Below are positions 9,739 through 17,687 of a DNA stretch of 61,197 nucleotides, one piece after another. The notes under the pieces are model-generated. The model had not been told where the DNA came from and made no database searches. It worked only from the letters and a program-made list of their open reading frames with translations. How positions within the stretch are numbered: position 1 is the stretch's first letter; each line of letters begins with the position of its first letter. The position numbers and the translations under genes were made by a program. Source of the stretch: Chlamydiales bacterium (GTDB lineage: Bacteria; Chlamydiota; Chlamydiia; Chlamydiales; JACRBE01); the NCBI GenBank assembly GCA_016213235.1, contig JACRBE010000059.1, positions 1 through 61,197 of the forward strand, in the 5' to 3' direction.

Positions 9739-10911
9739 TCAATTAGATAAGTTCAATGTATTATACTCTTTTAACACATGATATAAATATAAATATGTTG
9801 TGTTAATATCGAGATATTGTTTAGCGAACTCTTTGCCATTTATGGCAATTTGCTTTGCTTTTTCATCATTTTCTTTTAACCACATAATTATATCCGCTAA
9901 ATCACTGCAATCTGTTTGATAAGGTATATAATGTATATAAGGTTTTAATCCGGAATAATACCATTGAATATTTCCGCTATTTTGTTTAATAGACACACAA
10001 TTTGATCGTAATATCCACTGACACCGATGAAATCCATTTGAATATCCATCTACATCTATTAAATATTTGTATACACATGCATCATAGGGGAGAATTCCAT
10101 GAGAGCATAACAGAGGAGCAAAAGAATGCATTTCTTGACATATATGCGTTTGCTCTGGTGAAAAGTTTGTAAATTTTGCCCAAATAAGATCAGGATGATC
10201 AAGTGCAAATAAAACGAGTGTTGCACGACAGTTCATGCGCCAGGTCTTTTCATTGTTGAAATCTTTTCCGTTAGGGGCCCCAAGCCAGAAAGCTTTTGCA
10301 AGTTTTTGATCCCACGGAAAATCTTCGCTTGCTTTATCAATTTGCAACATTAAACTTGGCCTATCTTCCCAGACAGCAAACCAATCAGGTATGGTGATGT
10401 AGTTAGATGCATAATGTTTAGAAAAACATAAGATCGGATATTGTGACTGTTTATGGTGTACACCATCTCCAACGTCAAGAATATAATCCCCGGATGCGAT
10501 TCCAAATTCCGGCTGAGTTAAAATCCAATGCAAAGCCATAGCATATTCAGCTGCATTAGAGGGGAGTCTTTCGCTGTTATTACATCGCACATATAATTTA
10601 CCAGTACGAATGCGAAATTGTACCAATGTATTACGAGAATTAAAAAAACACTCTTCTAATTCTTCTAATGAAAAAGGATGAAAATTGCTTAGCTCTTGTT
10701 TAATATTAGCCAGCATCCAATCTGGAAGCTCATCGGTTTTTTGTACAGATGGTTGCAGAGTTGCAAAAGCGTTACTGTATAAAGATTTGAATCGATCTTT
10801 AACATATTCTTCAACATCGTTAAATTCATAATAAATGCGTTCATTAGCATTAATAGTTGAAATAGATATAATCAAATAAAAAATAAAAGTCTTTTTTCGA
10901 TATATTAGCAT
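9739..10911 (-). CDS. Secreted GT90 / CAP10-domain glycosyltransferase (POGLUT/KDELC-like)
   Basis: PWDQKLAKAFWLG, YKYLIDVDG, QWYYSGLKPYIHYIP, WLKENDEKAKQIAINGKEFA; signal peptide ending TINA. Confidence 0.85.
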   Translation of the reverse strand: MLIYRKKTFIFYLIISISTINANERIYYEFNDVEEYVKDRFKSLYSNAFATLQPSVQKTDELPDWMLANIKQELSNFHPFSLEELEECFFNSRNTLVQFRIRTGKLYVRCNNSERLPSNAAEYAMALHWILTQPEFGIASGDYILDVGDGVHHKQSQYPILCFSKHYASNYITIPDWFAVWEDRPSLMLQIDKASEDFPWDQKLAKAFWLGAPNGKDFNNEKTWRMNCRATLVLFALDHPDLIWAKFTNFSPEQTHICQEMHSFAPLLCSHGILPYDACVYKYLIDVDGYSNGFHRCQWILRSNCVSIKQNSGNIQWYYSGLKPYIHYIPYQTDCSDLADIIMWLKENDEKAKQIAINGKEFAKQYLDINTTYLYLYHVLKEYNTLNLSN

Positions 10912-10955
10912 TTTTAATTCTAAGTAAAATAATATCTTATATTAATAATTTTTTA

Positions 10956-11816
10956 TTAGTTATTAATATATGATTGCAAATATTTCTCCACCAAAGAAGG
11001 GTGATGCTCGATGATCCAGTCATCGACTTCTTGCCAAAATGACGGAGGCAATTTCTTTTGATGATATATCAAGGACTGTGTTAAAGAGTTATCTTTTGTG
11101 CTTTCGCTTTTACCGAAATTTTGTTCAAATAACCTGATGGATCTTTCCTGATGAAACTCCAACTTTTCAAGAAATTCATCAATATCAGGATGAGCTTGTC
11201 CAAGAAATTGTACAAGTTGTATTAATACTGGTTTGGGATTTAACATGAGATCTTCATAATAGATAAGTAATCTGTTATGTTCAGGCCATTTATCATAGAG
11301 GTAGATATTAGAAAAATAAGCACAATCCTTATCGAATAACTCCCCTTGAATTCTATTAGGCAGTTTCCATCTTTTATAGCTGCACTCTTTATAGTTGCGA
11401 AGTAATAAAATAAGCTTATCTTTCGTTGCATTGAAATTTTTATTAAGCATTTTATAAACCCTATTCATGTAACTGGGATCATGGCATTTCCAAATCATTG
11501 ATGCAAACAGGTCCGTATGTAAATCTTGATAAGTGAATCCAATTGGTAAATTAGCAAGTCTGAGATCGGTAGACTGCATGGTAGGTCGTTTTGTTAAAGA
11601 TTCAATACAATACCTGCACCAGGTATTACCGGAGTGTATTTCAGACAATAAAAAGGTTACATCTTCTTGATCTTTATTATATAATGATAGTGTTTGGAAT
11701 AGCTGCAGCCTTGTAAGTGGGTCAATCAAGGATCGGTTCTGAATGGCAAAGCTTAATAAGGGATGAATGACAGCAAATACAAAAAATGCATATCGAAAAT
11801 ATCTACAATTTAACAT
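10956..11816 (-). CDS. Secreted sulfotransferase-domain protein
   Basis: 5'-PSB-like SEIHSGNTWCRY, KCH, 3'-PB-like ILLLRNYKEC, LLIYYEDL; signal peptide ending LSFA. Confidence 0.7.
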   Translation of the reverse strand: MLNCRYFRYAFFVFAVIHPLLSFAIQNRSLIDPLTRLQLFQTLSLYNKDQEDVTFLLSEIHSGNTWCRYCIESLTKRPTMQSTDLRLANLPIGFTYQDLHTDLFASMIWKCHDPSYMNRVYKMLNKNFNATKDKLILLLRNYKECSYKRWKLPNRIQGELFDKDCAYFSNIYLYDKWPEHNRLLIYYEDLMLNPKPVLIQLVQFLGQAHPDIDEFLEKLEFHQERSIRLFEQNFGKSESTKDNSLTQSLIYHQKKLPPSFWQEVDDWIIEHHPSLVEKYLQSYINN

Positions 11817-11934
11817 GTGAGCCTCCTAAATACAAAGTTCAGGCTTTTCTGTATGCCAACAGAAGATATGCAGAATCCAACTAACATTTTTCTCTAATGT
11901 TCCTTTCAAGATACACATACTTTTGTAATAAGTA

Positions 11935-13539
11935 TCATTTCTTTAAAGGAGAATATGGTGGTAATGCACGTACATATTTATCTAAATAACGTTGTAATTC
12001 CATACTTACCTGATGATCGCTAATAGGATTCCTATCGTTATATATGTATAGTATTTTAGAAATAAACTGATAATGATTAGGCCCGCAAAGCTCCATCATA
12101 GGAATCATAGCTGCCATATCCCAGGTCATTTCCAGAAATTTGCCATCATACATAAAATTCTCTTTCTTCAGGTTGTTGAATAACCAGCATCTAAAAGTTT
12201 TCAAGTGAGAAGGGATGTTTTGCCATTTTCTATATGCGTTTTTTGCATTGATATGGTAAGGATAGTCTCGACAAAACCCTAGAACATGACTGTTTTTTTC
12301 CATATATTGACCATAGGTGAGCCATACATCTTTATTTGATTTGCGATAAATGCGGTCTAAATAAGAAAGAACATGTTTGTTGGCGAGCTCATCGTCTCCA
12401 TCTAGAATGACTACTACATTATTGGGCGGTACAAAGCGATGAATAGTGGTATAATAGTTGTAAGCAGCTCCCCTGCGCTCTGCATTTTGAATAAACGTCA
12501 CTCTATGTGTATTGTTTGTTTGCTGAACATAGCGTTGTACTTTTGTAAATGTGTCGTCTTGAGAGCAGTCATCAATGAAATAAATATGAAAATCACTATA
12601 TTTTTGCTCCAGGGCGCTTTTGATATTATCAATGCAGTAGCTTGTATTATTATAGGAAGCGATTACAATGGAAAAACCTGTAGAAGGAGGTTCTGTTTTG
12701 GAAATAATTTGTGGTAAGGACGTGAGAACAGGATATTTTGGTAGTGTTCGGATGTATATATCCAAATCTTTTTGTAGTGTTTTACTAACTCTGTGGTCGC
12801 TAATAGGGTTGTTGTCATTGTAAGTGTATAAAACATCTTTAATAAAACGGAAATTAGGCCCACACATTTCCATCATAGGGAGCATCATGGCCATATCCCA
12901 AGTCATAGGATAAAATTCACCATTATATTTTAGATCCTCAATTTGAATTTTTTTAAAAAGCCAGGAATAAAACGTTCTTAAATGGGATGGAATATGATGC
13001 CATTTACGATAGTCTTGATTTTGTACAATCTTTTCCGGCATAGGGGAACAAAAGCCGATATTTTTCGAGTTTTTCTCCTGAAATTGCCCGTAGGTTAACC
13101 ATACCTTATTATTTTCATCGGAGTACACTTTATTTAAATAGCTTAGCACATTGGAATGAGCTAGCGCATCATCTCCATCCAGTAATACAATGATATCATC
13201 ATCATCGGTATGTTCGTAGATAGAATGAAAAATATTCTTTAGCGCACCGCTTCGAGTAGGGTTATCTATAATGGTTAAGATGTCTTTTTTAGGAGAAGCC
13301 TCAATGATACAGTTAATGATATCGCTTGTAGCATCTGTAGAGCAATCATTGATATAAATGATTTTGTAGTTTGTGTAATTTTGATTAAGGGCACTTTCAA
13401 TATTCCACTTTGCATAGGCTTCATTATTATAAGAAGGAATAATGATAGCCATCGGCTTTTCAGAGGTAGTAGAAAAGAGAGACGAGATTAAAACTGCAAA
13501 TAGTATTGTAAATATAGAGCTTGATATCCATTTGTTCAT
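11935..13539 (-). CDS. Secreted glycosyltransferase family 2 with two tandem GT2 domains
   Basis: Two copies each of I-SYNN, I-DCS-D, LDGDD-L, VWLTYGQ, IPSHL-TF, MTWDMA and YND-NPISDH; hydrophobic N-terminus. Confidence 0.9.
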   Translation of the reverse strand: MNKWISSSIFTILFAVLISSLFSTTSEKPMAIIIPSYNNEAYAKWNIESALNQNYTNYKIIYINDCSTDATSDIINCIIEASPKKDILTIIDNPTRSGALKNIFHSIYEHTDDDDIIVLLDGDDALAHSNVLSYLNKVYSDENNKVWLTYGQFQEKNSKNIGFCSPMPEKIVQNQDYRKWHHIPSHLRTFYSWLFKKIQIEDLKYNGEFYPMTWDMAMMLPMMEMCGPNFRFIKDVLYTYNDNNPISDHRVSKTLQKDLDIYIRTLPKYPVLTSLPQIISKTEPPSTGFSIVIASYNNTSYCIDNIKSALEQKYSDFHIYFIDDCSQDDTFTKVQRYVQQTNNTHRVTFIQNAERRGAAYNYYTTIHRFVPPNNVVVILDGDDELANKHVLSYLDRIYRKSNKDVWLTYGQYMEKNSHVLGFCRDYPYHINAKNAYRKWQNIPSHLKTFRCWLFNNLKKENFMYDGKFLEMTWDMAAMIPMMELCGPNHYQFISKILYIYNDRNPISDHQVSMELQRYLDKYVRALPPYSPLKK

Positions 13540-13542
13540 AAA

Positions 13543-14277
13543 TTACTTCCTCATTTCGGCATGGTTTTTGTCTAAAGCTAAGAGTTTTTTCTCATAGGGC
13601 AGGTTCCAACTTTCTGGATAACAATAAGATGGGTTTAATATTTTTGTGGGAGGATTGTTGATAAAGTATCTGTTGAGATGGCTTTCGTCATGCCAAACAG
13701 CGATGAAGTTTTTTGTTAGATCCGCTTCTATATTGTTGGAAAGAGTCCCACAAAGTTTAACAAATTCTTCCTTGTTTGCTCCATAAAAACCACCGGCAAA
13801 GTAATAAGATCCTTCATTATCATTAATACAAGCCATCGAGATAGGATTGGTTTCATAAGATCCGCGTTTGCCCACAAATCCGGGATGCTGAGTGGCTACA
13901 CGATCGGAAAGGATTTCAGAGCCAACATCTGCAACAAAAAGCATGTCTGCATCACTTGCAAAAATATAATCTAAATCGTTAAAAGCATCTTTATTGTTGT
14001 AATAAACGCTAAATCGCATCATGGTATCATGTGGCCATCCTAGCCTTTTTTGTTCAATACGAACAACATCTTTTGCGGGTTGCAATTGTTGATCAGTAAA
14101 AACAAAGTAGGTTACTTTATGATCAGTGCAAAAATGTTTTCTTGCTGATTCGATAAACGTTTCTGCATAGGTGGCATATTTTCCTGTAGCCATAATACAA
14201 AGACCCACATTTTTGCATTCGCTAAGAGTTACAATTGAAAGAAAACAAGAAATCAGAGAGATTATTAGCTTACGCAT
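13543..14277 (-). CDS. Glycosyltransferase family 6 (ABO-like alpha-1,3-GalNAc/Gal transferase) with signal peptide
   Basis: ATGKY, FIESARKHF, YFVFTD, DADMLF, QHPG, YFAGGFYG, WHDESHLNRY, ILNPSYC, KNHAEMR. Confidence 0.93.
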   Translation of the reverse strand: MRKLIISLISCFLSIVTLSECKNVGLCIMATGKYATYAETFIESARKHFCTDHKVTYFVFTDQQLQPAKDVVRIEQKRLGWPHDTMMRFSVYYNNKDAFNDLDYIFASDADMLFVADVGSEILSDRVATQHPGFVGKRGSYETNPISMACINDNEGSYYFAGGFYGANKEEFVKLCGTLSNNIEADLTKNFIAVWHDESHLNRYFINNPPTKILNPSYCYPESWNLPYEKKLLALDKNHAEMRK

Positions 14278-14304
14278 GATTTAACCCAACTTTTTAATAA
14301 AAAT

Positions 14305-15540
14305 ATGCTGGATAAAATAATTAAATTTGTCAATATTTCTTTCCTGTTTCTATTTATGATTCAAGCAGATATTCGCCTTGGTGTAGATCGTTTTTTTACT
14401 GATGGATTTGCTTTAGAAATTAAAGGAAAAAACGTAGCCCTTTATACGAATCATACAGGAATTAATTCAGAGAGAAAAAGTACCATTGCATTATTTCGGG
14501 AAAAGTCGGGGAAAGATTTTCAGTTTGTTGCCATTTTTACACCGGAGCATGGCATTAACGGTAGCAGTTTTGCTAATGAAAAAGTAGATTCTCAAGTGGG
14601 AAAGATACCCATTTACAGTTTGCATGGTGATGTGCGCCGCCCGAGCGAATCAATGCTAAAAAATGTAGAGGTCATTGTTTGTGATATTCAAGATATTGGT
14701 GTTAGATCTTATACCTATGCAACAACGCTATTTTATATCATGGAAGAAGCGGCTAAAAAAAAGATAGCAGTTGTTGTGTTAGATAGGCCCAATCCACTTG
14801 GAGATGTAGTAGATGGACCTATGTTAAATGATAAATATAGATCATTTGTTGGACATATCAATGTTCCGTATTGTCACGGGATGACGCTGGGTGAACTTGC
14901 TATGTTTTTTAATGAAGAATATAACATACGTGCGGCTCTTAAAGTAGTATCGATGCAGGGATATAAAAGAGATATGGTGTTTTATGAAACAGGTCTTTCA
15001 TGGATTCCAACAAGTCCCCATATTCCGGAAGCAGACACCCCTTTTTTTTATGCAGCTACAGGGCTAATGGGCGATCTTAGCCTGGTGAATATTGGTGTTG
15101 GTTATACACTTCCATTTAAGATAGTGGGTGCGCCCTGGATTGATGCAGATCGGTTAGCAAAACTATTAAATGATCAGAAACTGACAGGAGTTTATTTTTC
15201 ACCGTTTCATTTCAAACCTTTTTTTGGTTTGTATAAGGGAGAGGAGTGTCATGGAATTATTATCCATATTACAAATGCCAAAGCATTTAAACCGCTAATT
15301 GTGCAGTATGTTCTTTTAGGAACGCTGAAAAATATGTATCCCGACATTGTAGAAAAAAAATTAAAAGAGCTCCCGCTGCAGAAAAAAGAAGCTTTTTGTA
15401 AGACGACAGGGGGAGAGGAGATTTACTCTATGCTCGTGAATGAAAAGTATGTAATCTGGAAATTGATGGAACTTCACAAGAAGGAAAGAGCGGAATTTGT
15501 CTTAAAAAGAGAGAAATATCTTGTGCCCGAATACAAATAA
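14305..15540 (+). CDS. namZ: Exo-beta-N-acetylmuramidase NamZ / YbbC (DUF1343)
   Basis: TNHTG, FTPEHG, DIQDIGVRSYTY, LDRPNPLG, HGMTLGELA, WIPTSPHIP. Confidence 0.9.
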   Translation: MLDKIIKFVNISFLFLFMIQADIRLGVDRFFTDGFALEIKGKNVALYTNHTGINSERKSTIALFREKSGKDFQFVAIFTPEHGINGSSFANEKVDSQVGKIPIYSLHGDVRRPSESMLKNVEVIVCDIQDIGVRSYTYATTLFYIMEEAAKKKIAVVVLDRPNPLGDVVDGPMLNDKYRSFVGHINVPYCHGMTLGELAMFFNEEYNIRAALKVVSMQGYKRDMVFYETGLSWIPTSPHIPEADTPFFYAATGLMGDLSLVNIGVGYTLPFKIVGAPWIDADRLAKLLNDQKLTGVYFSPFHFKPFFGLYKGEECHGIIIHITNAKAFKPLIVQYVLLGTLKNMYPDIVEKKLKELPLQKKEAFCKTTGGEEIYSMLVNEKYVIWKLMELHKKERAEFVLKREKYLVPEYK

Positions 15541-15544
15541 AATT

Positions 15545-15571
15545 TTAGCACAATCCTTCGCTCACTGCTAA
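15545..15571 (+). promoter_or_regulatory. CIRCE element (HrcA operator)
   Basis: TTAGCACAA-N9-CACTGCTAA versus consensus TTAGCACTC-N9-GAGTGCTAA, directly upstream of the groES promoter. Confidence 0.85.
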
Positions 15572-15575
15572 ATCC

Positions 15576-15604
15576 TTGACAGAAAGGATAAAAACATCTA
15601 ATAT
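15576..15604 (+). promoter_or_regulatory. sigma66/70 promoter of groES-groEL
   Basis: TTGACA-17 bp-TAATAT. Confidence 0.75.
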
Positions 15605-15641
15605 CAAAGGCTAAAAATTAAAGAAAAATAGGAGTATAACA

Positions 15642-15944
15642 ATGACTGCTAAAGTTAAAATGGTACGACCTCTTGGGAATCGTATTTTAGTAAAACGTGA
15701 AATAGAAACTTCAAAAGGTGGGATTTTACTTCCTGAAAGCTCACAAGAAAAGCCAAAACAAGGTGAAGTAGTTGCGGTAGGCCCAGGTAAGGTAGATGAT
15801 CAAGGACATCATCAAAAGATGCTTGTAAAAGAAGGTGATACGATTGTGTTTTCATCTTATGCAGGCACGAAAATTTCTTTAAAAGGTGATGAAGGAGAAT
15901 ATTTAATCATGACAGAAGATGATGTATTAGCGGTGTTAGAATAA
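15642..15944 (+). CDS. groES: Co-chaperonin GroES
   Basis: RPLGNRILV, SKGGILLP, GEVVAVGPG; AGGAG SD. Confidence 0.97.
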   Translation: MTAKVKMVRPLGNRILVKREIETSKGGILLPESSQEKPKQGEVVAVGPGKVDDQGHHQKMLVKEGDTIVFSSYAGTKISLKGDEGEYLIMTEDDVLAVLE

Positions 15945-15956
15945 GGAGATAGAAAC

Positions 15957-17645
15957 ATGGCAAAATTAATGAAATTTCATGGAGATGCTCTAAAGAACAT
16001 TTCGAAAGGGGTACAAACGCTTGCAAAAGCGGTGATTATTACACTTGGTCCAAAAGGGCGTAATGTAGTGATTAAAAAACAAATGGGATCTCCTTTATCC
16101 ACGAAGGATGGGGTTACTGTTGCAAAAGAGATTGTATTGAAAGATAAGTTTGAAAACATGGGCGCGCAACTAGTAAAAGAGGCAGCTTCCAAAACTGCGG
16201 ATAATGCAGGAGATGGTACTACAACTGCGATTGTTCTTGCAGAAGCAATTTTTACAGAGGGCTTAAAAAATGTCACAGCAGGAGCAAATCCATCGGAAGT
16301 CAAACGAGGCATTGATGCAGCTGTAGAATGTCTTGATCGCGCACTTTCAAAGATGGCAAAAAAAGTAACTACTCATGATGAAATTAAGCAGATAGCTACT
16401 ATTTCAGCAAACAATGATGTGGAAATTGGCAGGTTAATTTCTGATGCGATGGCAAAAGTAGGAGCCGATGGTACGATTACTATAGCGGATGCTAAAGGAA
16501 TTAGTGACACTCTAAAGGTTGTAGAAGGTATGCAATTTGATAAGGGATATCTCTCTCCTTATTTTATTACTAATCCGGAGAAAATGACAGTGGAGATGTC
16601 TAATGCGATCATTTTCATGACAGATGCAAGATTATCTACAGCAAAAGATATTGTTCCTATTTTAGAAGCTGCGCAAACGATTCGAAAGGCCCTTCTTATT
16701 ATTGCAGACGACATCGAAGGAGAAGCCCTTGCTACCTTAGTAATAAATAAAGTGAAGGCAGGGCTGCAAGTGTGTGCGGTGAAAGCTCCTGCATTTGGCG
16801 ATCGCAAGAAAGATATATTAAAAGATATTGCGATTATTACAGGGTCGACACTTGTTTCCGAAGAAGTTGGAATTACTCTTTCTGATGTAAAAGCTTCTTA
16901 TTTTGGTGGAGCAAAAACAATTGTTGTTTCTAAAGAAGAGACTATTATTGTTGATGGCAGTGGGGATACGAAACTGATTAAAGCTAGGGTTGCTGAAGTA
17001 AAAGCGTTAATGACTAAAACAGATGTGCAATATGACTTAGAAAAACTAAAAGAGAGACTTGCTAAGTTGTCTGGTGGAGTGGCAGTAATTGAAATAGGTG
17101 CTCCAACGGAAGCCGAGCTTAATGAGAAAAAAATGCGCGTAGAAGATGCGATGCATGCAACGCAGGCTGCTGCACTCGAAGGAGTGGTTGCAGGTGGTGG
17201 TGTAGCATTAATTCGAGCGATCAAAGCTCTAGAGTCCTTAAAGTTAGAAGGTGATCAGCAAATTGGAGTGGCAATTGTTAGAAAAGCAGCGTTTGCTCCG
17301 GCTATTGCAATTGCAAATAACTGTGGTCGTCAGGGGAATTTGATAGCAGAAAAAATCGCCCAAAGCGAAGGCAATATTGGGTATAACGGATTAACGGATG
17401 AATTTGAAGATTTGGTGAAATCTGGGGTGATTGATCCTGTGCTCGTTACAAGAAGTGCATTAAAGAATGCAGCTTCTATTTCTTCCTTATTGCTGACTAT
17501 TTCTGCGATGATTACCGACAAACCAGAACCTAAAAAGGATATGCCGGTCTCCGATGGAATGGGAGGCGGTATGCCGATGGGTGGTATGGGCGGTATGGGT
17601 GGTATGGGTGGTATGGGTGGAATGCCAATGGGCGGCATGATGTAA
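15957..17645 (+). CDS. groEL: Chaperonin GroEL (probably the second chlamydial paralog)
   Basis: TLGPKGRNV, TKDGVTVAKEI, AGDGTTT, GMQFDKGYLSPYF and a GGM-repeat tail. Confidence 0.98.
   Translation: MAKLMKFHGDALKNISKGVQTLAKAVIITLGPKGRNVVIKKQMGSPLSTKDGVTVAKEIVLKDKFENMGAQLVKEAASKTADNAGDGTTTAIVLAEAIFTEGLKNVTAGANPSEVKRGIDAAVECLDRALSKMAKKVTTHDEIKQIATISANNDVEIGRLISDAMAKVGADGTITIADAKGISDTLKVVEGMQFDKGYLSPYFITNPEKMTVEMSNAIIFMTDARLSTAKDIVPILEAAQTIRKALLIIADDIEGEALATLVINKVKAGLQVCAVKAPAFGDRKKDILKDIAIITGSTLVSEEVGITLSDVKASYFGGAKTIVVSKEETIIVDGSGDTKLIKARVAEVKALMTKTDVQYDLEKLKERLAKLSGGVAVIEIGAPTEAELNEKKMRVEDAMHATQAAALEGVVAGGGVALIRAIKALESLKLEGDQQIGVAIVRKAAFAPAIAIANNCGRQGNLIAEKIAQSEGNIGYNGLTDEFEDLVKSGVIDPVLVTRSALKNAASISSLLLTISAMITDKPEPKKDMPVSDGMGGGMPMGGMGGMGGMGGMGGMPMGGMM
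17577..17621 (+). repeat. 5 x 9-bp tandem repeat (ATGGGTGGT) encoding the GroEL MGG tail
   Basis: atgggtggt atgggcggt atgggtggt atgggtggt atgggtgga. Confidence 0.9.
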
Positions 17646-17650
17646 ATAAC

Positions 17651-17686
17651 AGAGCCCAAGTAGATCTATTATTTGGGCTTTATTTT
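17651..17686 (+). terminator. Intrinsic terminator after groEL (possibly bidirectional)
   Basis: AGCCCAAGTA...TATTTGGGCT stem followed by TTATTTT, between convergent genes. Confidence 0.7.
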
Positions 17687-17687
17687 C

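Noticed and set aside
15977..17659. Several antisense ORFs over groEL, including a PPI-repeat ORF (17330..17659)
   Set aside because: Shadow frames of a conserved gene; the PPI repeat is the reverse complement of the GGM tail.
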